Below, one piece after another: positions 57,000 through 64,000 of a DNA stretch of 64,000 nucleotides. The stretch comes from Candidatus Latescibacterota bacterium (GTDB lineage Bacteria > Latescibacterota > UBA2968 > UBA8231). The stretch is taken from the NCBI GenBank assembly GCA_965203175.1, contig OZ241867.1:3840001-3904000 (forward strand). The letters are read 5' to 3'. Within the stretch, counting starts at the first letter, position 1. Each line of letters starts with the position of its first letter. Under the pieces are notes generated by a model. That model was not told the DNA's origin. It made no database searches and saw only the letters and a list, made by a program, of their open reading frames with translations. A program made the translations under genes and the position numbers.

Positions 57000-57021
57000 T
57001 ATCAACGAGGTATCAACGAGG
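57000..57021. repeat. Perfect 11-bp tandem duplication
   Basis: tatcaacgagg x2 in intergenic DNA. Confidence 0.8.
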
Positions 57022-57129
57022 ATTCTGTCCTGCTTTTTGTCGCCGAACAGCTATCATTGTGCGTCGGTCGCGTTCGTTGCATATTCGTGCGGGACATCAA
57101 GATAGCACCTTTTGCCATGGAGACCCCGG

Positions 57130-58707
57130 ATGAAGAACTCTTCGATCTACATTCCCGCCTGCGACTGGGATTCGACCGCATCATTCCCGCAGTCTTGGGG
57201 ATCTCCGCCTCTTGGCTGGCAGTATGCCAAGCGCCTAGTGCTGATAAACGACACGGCACGCGAACGCCGGGGCGAACCGGTCGAAGCGGATGTGGACATT
57301 CACGCTGGCCACATTACCGACCTTGGCCGCGAGATTCGCGTCGCTCGTCTCCATAGTGAAACCGGTCCTATAGAAGTTGTGCCGAGCCAAGCGCACCTCA
57401 TCAACCGCGAGGACGAGTTGCTGCGCTGCCGGTTGTTTTTCCTCGCCGATGTGGTCGCTGAAGGTTCGGCGACTTACCTCCTGCTGTATGGCAACCCGGA
57501 GGCATCCGAGCCTCACTACGACACTGACCTCAAGGTTTCGGGCGAGGGGTATGCCCTTGAGGTGGAAAACGAGCATTACCGCGCGGTCCTCGGGAAGATG
57601 AACGGCAACTGGCAAGACCACTACTCGAAAAGGGGGCCGGCAGAACTCGTACACCGGCAGGGTCACGGGGTCGAAGGTACCATTCACTGGGGCCCCGACT
57701 GGAGCGATGAGCGCGTCGGCCGCTACCGGCTCACCAACTGGGACGGCCCGCCTCTGTTCGACTACGATGTGATCAAGGGACCGGTCTGCGTACGCATCCG
57801 CCGCTGGGGCCACCCTATCCTGTCAATCGGTCCCCAGGTTGGCCAGCCTCACAAGGTCATGGCCACCGTGACCTACAGCTTCTGGGCCGGTCAGCCCTAC
57901 GTCATCATGGAATCGAAGCTCGAAGTTCTCGAGGATGTGCGTTTCCGCGATTGCCGCAACGACGAGTTTGTCATCGGTGAACAGTTACCCGAACGAGCTT
58001 GGATGGGACCGGATGGAGAGATTGGTTTGGGGGCCCGGGGCTGGCAGCGTGAGGACCCCCGCTGGGTGACTCATTTCAATCGCGAAACCGGCGAAGGATT
58101 CGGCAGCATTCACCTTGAATTCGAAAACACCAATCCGAACTGGCCGCAGCCGGCCCACGCCGGATTCTCGCACACCGGCACCTGGGTCCGCTATCCGGTG
58201 CAGCTCGCGGCGATGCGCGTTGGCGAGCACGTATACGAAAAAAACGCCTACGTTTTGCATCGATATGAAGAGGGGGGAGAGCACGGCGGGCTTGCCGACC
58301 TCGTTGACCACCAGGAGCGCCTTACCAGCCCGATCACCCAAGGGGAAGCCGCTCCGGCTCCTAGGCCGATCAACCTCGACAATGTCATGGACGCGCTGCG
58401 GGCCACGAACGAATTCGAGCTCTACGTCGAGGGATCGCCTTGGGGTCAGCGCCAGCTCAGCTTCGTCGATATCGGAATCCTGCAGGAGGTCGTCATCGAG
58501 GGAAGCGACATCCGCGTCGATATCGTCATGCCGTACGCAGGTCGCGAAACTTGGTTCGACTGGTTTTCCGATGGCATTGAGGAGCAACTCCGTGCCCGCC
58601 TGCGGGACGTCGGCGAGGTCGAAGTGCGCCTCGTTCGCGAGCCGAAATGGACTCCACAGAGGCTGAGCGACCGCGCCCGCCGCGTCATCGGTCCTGGGGA
58701 AGAGTAG
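57130..58707 (+). CDS. Hypothetical protein with C-terminal DUF59/SufT-PaaD-like domain
   Basis: C-terminal VMDALR...LSFVDIGI...IRVDIVMP...VEVRLVREPKWTPQRLSDRAR; N-terminal ~420 aa unrecognised. Confidence 0.6.
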   Translation: MKNSSIYIPACDWDSTASFPQSWGSPPLGWQYAKRLVLINDTARERRGEPVEADVDIHAGHITDLGREIRVARLHSETGPIEVVPSQAHLINREDELLRCRLFFLADVVAEGSATYLLLYGNPEASEPHYDTDLKVSGEGYALEVENEHYRAVLGKMNGNWQDHYSKRGPAELVHRQGHGVEGTIHWGPDWSDERVGRYRLTNWDGPPLFDYDVIKGPVCVRIRRWGHPILSIGPQVGQPHKVMATVTYSFWAGQPYVIMESKLEVLEDVRFRDCRNDEFVIGEQLPERAWMGPDGEIGLGARGWQREDPRWVTHFNRETGEGFGSIHLEFENTNPNWPQPAHAGFSHTGTWVRYPVQLAAMRVGEHVYEKNAYVLHRYEEGGEHGGLADLVDHQERLTSPITQGEAAPAPRPINLDNVMDALRATNEFELYVEGSPWGQRQLSFVDIGILQEVVIEGSDIRVDIVMPYAGRETWFDWFSDGIEEQLRARLRDVGEVEVRLVREPKWTPQRLSDRARRVIGPGEE

Positions 58708-58711
58708 CCTC

Positions 58712-60082
58712 TTACAACACCAGCTTGTCCGGCGGCTCGTAGTCGCTTTTGCGCGGATCCCAGCGGGTTCCGCATTTGTCGCTGATGACCACCCATTCAC
58801 CCGGACTGAGGTTCCCTTGGTGGTGGTAATTGAAGCGCCTGAGCCCGGCGGCCTCAGCGGTGTCGAGCAACATCTTGAGGTCGCGCGCTGACATGGGATC
58901 GCCGTCGTGGGGAAAGCGACCGGTGTCGAGCCAGGGCACGATGCGTTCCGGGTCACCGACCGCGGCCAGCGCCCGCCGCGTCTCTTGCGTTACCACCTGC
59001 TCGAAAAACTCCGGATTGAGGGCGCTTTCGAAGTCGAGCATATCGTCGCCCACGCCCGGCAGGACGATGCCGAAGAGTGCTTGCACGACGTCGAGGGTGT
59101 CGGCTACACTGATCCCCGGATTCCACTCCAAGAGCGTCTGCGAATAGCGGTAAACCGTGCCGAGGAAGCCGTCGAAGCCTCGGTGAAAGAAGTAGTGCTT
59201 CGGCAGCAGGAAATCCATGAACTGGGCCAAATCGACAAAGTCGTACCCACACAAGGGAGCGAAGGCGGCCGAGCGCGGGCCGCATCCTAGGCGCACCGGG
59301 CGCTCCAACTCGGTGGCGACGCCCTCGCGGATGCGGCGAAAATAGCGGGTCAACGAGTCGGCCCGGAACGACAGCCAAGCCATCAGATCGGGATCGGCCC
59401 CGAGCATGCGGTAAGCACCGACTAGGCCGCCGCGGGCGTGTCCGCGGATGCGCACGGGGTCGAGGTTGTGGAACAGGGACAGGAGCCTGTCTTTGGCGGC
59501 CACCATGGCCTCGTAGTCGTACCCTAGATCTGCGGCCATCGGCGCTACAGATTCCGGCAGGTCGTGAAAGAAGTAGGAGCGGTGATTCATGTGATGGGGG
59601 GCGATTTCGTATCCCCACTCCGGTCCGTCCATCACGGCACCGTCTGCCATCGGGAAGTGCTCTAGCGTGTCGACCATACGCGCCACCCGCGATGCCAGCG
59701 TCTTGTCGTCGTGCAGGTGGTGGCCCTGCCCGCCCGGACCGGCACCTCCATCGGCATACATACAGTAAACCTGCATGCCGTGGTCTTTGGCGGCGTTCAT
59801 CGTCTTTTCTAACAGGGCTCTTTTCTCGGGTAGTTTGTGCTCCGGCGGCGGTGGCGGCTCGACTCCGAGTCGCGCGTACACCGCCGGATTTGGATCGTAC
59901 GCTTCCGCCACGATGTCGTCGGTGGGAGCGGACACTGCATCTTTCGATAGTTTTGCCGTGCCGAAGACGAGTGGACCGAACACGACGCCGTCGACGCCGC
60001 CCTCCGCCCAAGCGTCGAGTATGCGCTCGTGATCGTTCATTACGCTTTCTAGATCACGCATTACATCCATCCATAGCTTCAT
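58712..60082 (-). CDS. Hypothetical protein, possible glycoside-hydrolase-like TIM barrel
   Basis: RBS AGGAGG before ATG 60082; ADGAVMDGPEWGY, W..FRADSLT, CGYDF..L...MDFLLPKHY. Confidence 0.55.
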   Translation of the reverse strand: MKLWMDVMRDLESVMNDHERILDAWAEGGVDGVVFGPLVFGTAKLSKDAVSAPTDDIVAEAYDPNPAVYARLGVEPPPPPEHKLPEKRALLEKTMNAAKDHGMQVYCMYADGGAGPGGQGHHLHDDKTLASRVARMVDTLEHFPMADGAVMDGPEWGYEIAPHHMNHRSYFFHDLPESVAPMAADLGYDYEAMVAAKDRLLSLFHNLDPVRIRGHARGGLVGAYRMLGADPDLMAWLSFRADSLTRYFRRIREGVATELERPVRLGCGPRSAAFAPLCGYDFVDLAQFMDFLLPKHYFFHRGFDGFLGTVYRYSQTLLEWNPGISVADTLDVVQALFGIVLPGVGDDMLDFESALNPEFFEQVVTQETRRALAAVGDPERIVPWLDTGRFPHDGDPMSARDLKMLLDTAEAAGLRRFNYHHQGNLSPGEWVVISDKCGTRWDPRKSDYEPPDKLVL

Positions 60083-60101
60083 GGTCAACCTCCTCTGTTG
60101 T

Positions 60102-60857
60102 TCAGTGGGTAGGCGTAAAGCGGCACACGCCGTCGAAGGAGACGCGCAACCGGGGGTGGCTCTCGTAGGGCCACGGATTGTAGGAGCGGGGAATGTAGTG
60201 GCCGGCCCAGCTATGGCGAAAAGCACCCTCGTCCAAAATGGGGCCGCCACGATGGATTAAGCGACCGTTGAAGAACACGATGTCGCCTTTGTCTGCTTCA
60301 ATGGCAATTTCCGGCAATTCATTGCGCGCGAAAAGGGTGTCAAAAGCGTCGTCCGGCTCCCAGCCATACCAAGGGCCTGGCTCGCCGTTTTCATCGCGGC
60401 GGAAATGGCGCTTTTCTATTAACGCTCTCTTGTGGGAGCCTACCTGAATGTGAATGCTGCCGTTGCGGGCGCTGACTTGCTGGAGAGCGACCCAAGCCGA
60501 CATGCAGCCCGGCAGGAAAAAGGCGTCTTGGTGCCGGCGTTGCTCGGATCCCTTGTAAAAGTACATGCTCTGGACCCCGTCTGGCTCGTCGCCGAGGAAG
60601 GTGCGCAGCGGCTGGCGCAGTCGAGGATCGAGCATCCAAGCTAGGCCAGCGGGATGGTGCAGGCTACGGCTGATTAAGCGGCTCCAATCGTCCGGTTGAC
60701 GCGGGGGATAGCCCTCGATGCTAAAGCCGCCGGCGTGGAGGTCCATCATGTAGGCGACAAAGCGGTCGCACTCGTCGGTAGTAAACCCACTGCGGACGAT
60801 CGCATAGCCGTCGCGTTCGTACTGTTCTTGGTGCGGGGAGGTTATTTCTAGTTCCAT
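60102..60857 (-). CDS. Phytanoyl-CoA dioxygenase (PhyH) family protein
   Basis: YERDGY, HQD, SAWVAL, NGSI..QVGSHK, KGDIVFF, IHRG. Confidence 0.9.
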   Translation of the reverse strand: MELEITSPHQEQYERDGYAIVRSGFTTDECDRFVAYMMDLHAGGFSIEGYPPRQPDDWSRLISRSLHHPAGLAWMLDPRLRQPLRTFLGDEPDGVQSMYFYKGSEQRRHQDAFFLPGCMSAWVALQQVSARNGSIHIQVGSHKRALIEKRHFRRDENGEPGPWYGWEPDDAFDTLFARNELPEIAIEADKGDIVFFNGRLIHRGGPILDEGAFRHSWAGHYIPRSYNPWPYESHPRLRVSFDGVCRFTPTH

Positions 60858-60888
60858 CGGGTGCTCGCTCTGTAATTGTGGCCTGTAT

Positions 60889-60920
60889 AACTGACTGAAT
60901 TAACGTTAATTCAGTCAGTT
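60889..60920. repeat. Perfect 32-bp spacer-less palindrome
   Basis: aactgactgaattaac|gttaattcagtcagtt. Confidence 0.95.
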
Positions 60921-60966
60921 TCATGCCTGATATTTACGACAATGGCATTCGCAACGGACTGATGCA

Positions 60967-61923
60967 CTAGTACCCTTTCTTCTTGTCGATGATATTGAGC
61001 ACCGGCTCGCCTTTGAGGTAGCGTTCTAGTTGAACGCAGAAGAACTCGTAGACCTTGCGCGGTCGGTGCTGTGAGGCACCGGCCCGATGCGGGGTGAGGA
61101 TGATGTTGGGCGCGTCCCACAGCGGGGATTCTGCAGGTAGCGGCTCGATTTCAGTGACGTCGATACCGGCACCGGCGATCTGTCCGTCGTGCAGGGCCTC
61201 GCAGAGAGCGTCCTCGTCGATTATGCCGCCTCGCGTCACGTTGATCAGATAGGCGCTTTCCTTCATCAGCGCCAGTTCCTCACGCCCGATGAGGTGGTAC
61301 GTCTCTTCGGTGCGTGGACAGGCTATCATCACCACGTCGGTGCGACGGAGGAGGCTGTGCAGATTTTCGCGGGAGTTGTCCTTGAGTTCGGAAACGCCCG
61401 GCGGCAGGTCGCGGCGCACCGGATCAATGGCGATGATCGGCATGTCGTACCCAGCGGCCCGCTTGGCCATTTCAATCCCAAAGCCCCCCAGTCCCACAAG
61501 ACCCAACGTCTGTCCGGTTAGCTCGACGGTAGTGCCGCCAGCCCATTTGCGCTGGTCGTTGTGGCGAATCGACTGATCGATGCCCCGGGTCAGGGCGAGG
61601 AGCAAGGCCCAAGCGTGTTCGCCGCCTTGGGGGGCGTATAACCCGGCTACGTTGGAAATAGCAACTTCGTCGCGAGCGATGATTTCGGGGAAGAGGAACT
61701 TGTCCATGCCAGTGCTGAAGGACTGGACCCAGCGCAGGTTGGGGGCGGCAGCGCAGACTGCGGGTGGGAAGTGACCGACGATGATGTCGATTTCGCCGGC
61801 TACGGCGAGGGCCTCTTGATCATCGTTGGCCACAAAGACTTCGTGGCCGCCGTTGTCGCGCGCTATTTGGCGCAAGTGGTCGTGTTGTTCGTCGGTGAAT
61901 GGGTAGTGGACTAGGATCTTCAC
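60967..61923 (-). CDS. D-isomer-specific 2-hydroxyacid dehydrogenase
   Basis: GGAGG then GTG at 61923; GLVGLGGFG, INVTRGG, GIDVTEIEPL, ILTPH. Confidence 0.9.
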   Translation of the reverse strand: MKILVHYPFTDEQHDHLRQIARDNGGHEVFVANDDQEALAVAGEIDIIVGHFPPAVCAAAPNLRWVQSFSTGMDKFLFPEIIARDEVAISNVAGLYAPQGGEHAWALLLALTRGIDQSIRHNDQRKWAGGTTVELTGQTLGLVGLGGFGIEMAKRAAGYDMPIIAIDPVRRDLPPGVSELKDNSRENLHSLLRRTDVVMIACPRTEETYHLIGREELALMKESAYLINVTRGGIIDEDALCEALHDGQIAGAGIDVTEIEPLPAESPLWDAPNIILTPHRAGASQHRPRKVYEFFCVQLERYLKGEPVLNIIDKKKGY

Positions 61924-61936
61924 GCGGACCTCCAAA

Positions 61937-62938
61937 CTAGGTTGAGAAATGGGATAGGATGTGATCGATGCGATCGGCGAGCGATTGTTCTAGGCGCGGC
62001 CCGAAGCGGGTTACCACTTGCGCGGCGGCATAGCAGCCTAAGCGCGCCGCGTCTAAGGGGCTGTATCCGTGGGACAGCCCGTAGAGCACGCCACCGGCGA
62101 AAAGATCGCCGGCACCATTGGTGTCGATGGCTTGCACGGGGACGCCGGGGACTTGGTCGTGGGCACCGTCGGCGTACACTAGGGCACCGTCGGCTCCGCA
62201 CGTTACGTAGGCCGTGCCGACTTGGGAAGCTAGGGCCGCGCCGGCCGCCTCGCGGTCACTGGTACCGGTGCTGGCGACCGCTTCCTCCTCGTTGCAGAAG
62301 AGCAGATCTACGCCGTATTGTAAGAGCGCGTCAAAGCGCGCCTGAAAGGTCCGGACGGCAAAAGGATCGCTCAGGGTCAGGGCGACGGCCGTACCGTGGT
62401 GCTGGGCCATTTGCTGCGCGCGGCACGCAGCGGCAAAGCCGTCTTCCGAGCCAAGGAGATAACCCTCTATATAAATGTATTGGCTGTCGGCGATGACCCC
62501 CTCTTGGAGTTGGGCCGGACCGATGGCGCTGCTGATGCCCAAAAAAGTATTGAGGGTGCGGTCGGCGTCGGGAGTAATAAAAACCAAGCACTGGCCGGTC
62601 TTGCCCACGCCGCGGTTGGCCGGATGAGTAGCCACGCCGGCTGCTTCGAGATCGCGTTGGTAAAAGTCGCCCCAAGCGTCGCGACCGGTCAGGCAGGCGT
62701 AATAGGCTCGGCCACCATAACGAGCGACGCCGATGAGGGTATTGGCCACCGAGCCACCCGAAGCCGAGGCGATCGGCTCGCCGCCGACCGCGGCGGTGAG
62801 GTTGCGCTGTCGCGTCTCATCGACGAGGGTCATAACTCCCTTTTCGATTTGGTGCTCGGCGAGGAACTCTGAGGCGACTTGATATTGGATGTCCACTAGG
62901 GCGTGGCCGACGCCATAGACATCGTACGTGCGGGCCAT
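61937..62938 (-). CDS. PfkB family carbohydrate/adenosine kinase
   Basis: GHALVD, SGGSVANT, DADRT, NEEEA, DTNGAGDLFAGG. Confidence 0.9.
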   Translation of the reverse strand: MARTYDVYGVGHALVDIQYQVASEFLAEHQIEKGVMTLVDETRQRNLTAAVGGEPIASASGGSVANTLIGVARYGGRAYYACLTGRDAWGDFYQRDLEAAGVATHPANRGVGKTGQCLVFITPDADRTLNTFLGISSAIGPAQLQEGVIADSQYIYIEGYLLGSEDGFAAACRAQQMAQHHGTAVALTLSDPFAVRTFQARFDALLQYGVDLLFCNEEEAVASTGTSDREAAGAALASQVGTAYVTCGADGALVYADGAHDQVPGVPVQAIDTNGAGDLFAGGVLYGLSHGYSPLDAARLGCYAAAQVVTRFGPRLEQSLADRIDHILSHFST

Positions 62939-63098
62939 GGGTTTTCCTTCGGGTGAAAAATAGGCAAAATAACCTATTCGCTCATAGCTGCCAAAAAGGG
63001 AAGGGACAAATCTTTGCTTGTTTTAATTCGCGCTGAGAATATATTAAAAACTCTGCGGGAGACGCCCGCGCTTTCCACCCTTTACGGAGGTTGATGCA

Positions 63099-63620
63099 AT
63101 CGCAGCAAAGAAAAAGAGTTTTACGAGAGTAAACGATGATATTCGCGTGCCCCAAATCCGACTCATCGGGTCCGATGGGGGGCAGGTGGGGATCATCGAA
63201 ACGGCCCGTGCCTTGGCCATGGCGGAGGAAGCCAATCTCGACCTAGTGGAAGTGGCCGCCGAAGCGCGCCCGCCGGTCTGCCGGATTATCGACTACGGCA
63301 AGTTCCGCTACGACCAAGAGAAAAAGGCTAAGGAAGCGCGCAAGAAGCAGCAAAACGTGCAAATGAAGGGCATTCGCATCGCCCAACCCACTATTTCCGA
63401 ACACGATCTCGAATACCGGACAGGCCACATCCGCACGTTTATCGAAAAGGGAAACCGGGTCAAAGTCAGCGTCCGCTTTCGCGGGAGGCAGATGGCTTAC
63501 CAAGAACAGGGGTTCCAGCTACTGCAAGATCTAGCTGCCAAGCTCGAGGATGTAGCCGTCGTCGACCAAGAGCCCAAAATGGAAGGCCGCGAAATGTCGC
63601 TCATTCTCAAGCCCCTCTGA
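63099..63620 (+). CDS. infC: Translation initiation factor IF-3, probable non-canonical ATC start
   Basis: RVNDDIRVPQIRLI, LDLVEVA...PPVCRIIDYGKFRY, VKVSVRFRGR; GGAGG at 63086-63090 then in-frame ATC at 63099. Confidence 0.95.
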   Translation: MAAKKKSFTRVNDDIRVPQIRLIGSDGGQVGIIETARALAMAEEANLDLVEVAAEARPPVCRIIDYGKFRYDQEKKAKEARKKQQNVQMKGIRIAQPTISEHDLEYRTGHIRTFIEKGNRVKVSVRFRGRQMAYQEQGFQLLQDLAAKLEDVAVVDQEPKMEGREMSLILKPL

Positions 63621-63638
63621 GGTTGGTCTGAGAAGCGC

Positions 63639-63679
63639 AAAAAGGCCGGTGTCCGCACTGCGGGCGTCGGCCTTTTTTT
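63639..63679. terminator. Bidirectional Rho-independent terminator between convergent genes
   Basis: aaaaaggccggtgtccgc-act-gcgggcgtcggccttttttt. Confidence 0.85.
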
Positions 63680-63752
63680 GTTAGTGTACTGTTGACACTA
63701 CCCGCCTCGTTGGCACTCAGGGGTACAATCTCTTTTTTTTAGAGCGGCTGCT

Positions 63753-64000
63753 TCAGGAGGCGACCAGCACGTGTTCGGCTGCGCCATCGAGGCCGGCGAT
63801 GACTGGGAAGGACTTCGACTGCGGGCCATTGGCCTTGGGCACGTAGCGCACGTGAGGTGAGAAATAGGCGTAGAGCGCGGTGTTGCGCGAGCGGTCGGTC
63901 TGGTTGGGGCCGGAACCGTGGACCATCAAGCTGTGGAACAGCACCGCGGATCCAGCCGCAAGCGGCACGTCGATCTGGCGCGCGCTGTCAATATCCTCGC
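63753..64000 (-). CDS. PhyH family dioxygenase, C-terminal part (5' end outside window)
   Basis: VPLAAGSAVLFHSLMVHGSGPNQTDRSR. Confidence 0.8.
   Translation of the reverse strand, partial: EDIDSARQIDVPLAAGSAVLFHSLMVHGSGPNQTDRSRNTALYAYFSPHVRYVPKANGPQSKSFPVIAGLDGAAEHVLVAS

Noticed and set aside
57985-60011. Long alternative ORFs 57985-58956 and 58953-60011
   Set aside because: Shadow frames of better-supported genes; low-complexity translations

Overview
GC-rich bacterial genomic window, almost fully coding. I see no rRNA, tRNA, CRISPR array, transposase or reverse transcriptase. Gene content suggests an uncultured diderm lineage such as Ca. Latescibacterota; this is an inference from the family mix only. 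The window is dominated by expanded paralogue families of unknown function: (i) seven secreted multidomain proteins with a discoidin/F5-8C-like N-domain, a shared central module and (in the six complete copies) a C-terminal 'TPNGD..ND'/FlgD-Ig-like domain; four of these (~630 aa) have a near-constant scaffold with cysteine-bracketed hypervariable loops; (ii) two ~930-aa secreted paralogues with Asp/Asn-rich motifs and a beta-barrel-like C-terminus; (iii) two ~309-aa secreted CBM9/DOMON-like proteins ending in 'TAVE.DSWGRIK', each followed by a strong hairpin and then a FlgD-Ig gene; (iv) six ~650-aa DUF6785/DUF6784-like polytopic membrane proteins; (v) four GT-C glycosyltransferases, three fused to TPRs, plus a PpiC-type chaperone. 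The best candidate for an undescribed system is this recurring cassette, a putative cell-surface export/display apparatus with diversified binding proteins. The right end holds catabolic genes (PhyH dioxygenases, sulfatase, DUF3604, 2-hydroxyacid dehydrogenase, PfkB kinase) and infC with a probable ATC start. Also seen: a CCWGG-depletion mutational signature, a decayed 87-bp gene remnant and a perfect 32-bp palindrome. Family names are recalled from motifs, not from database searches.
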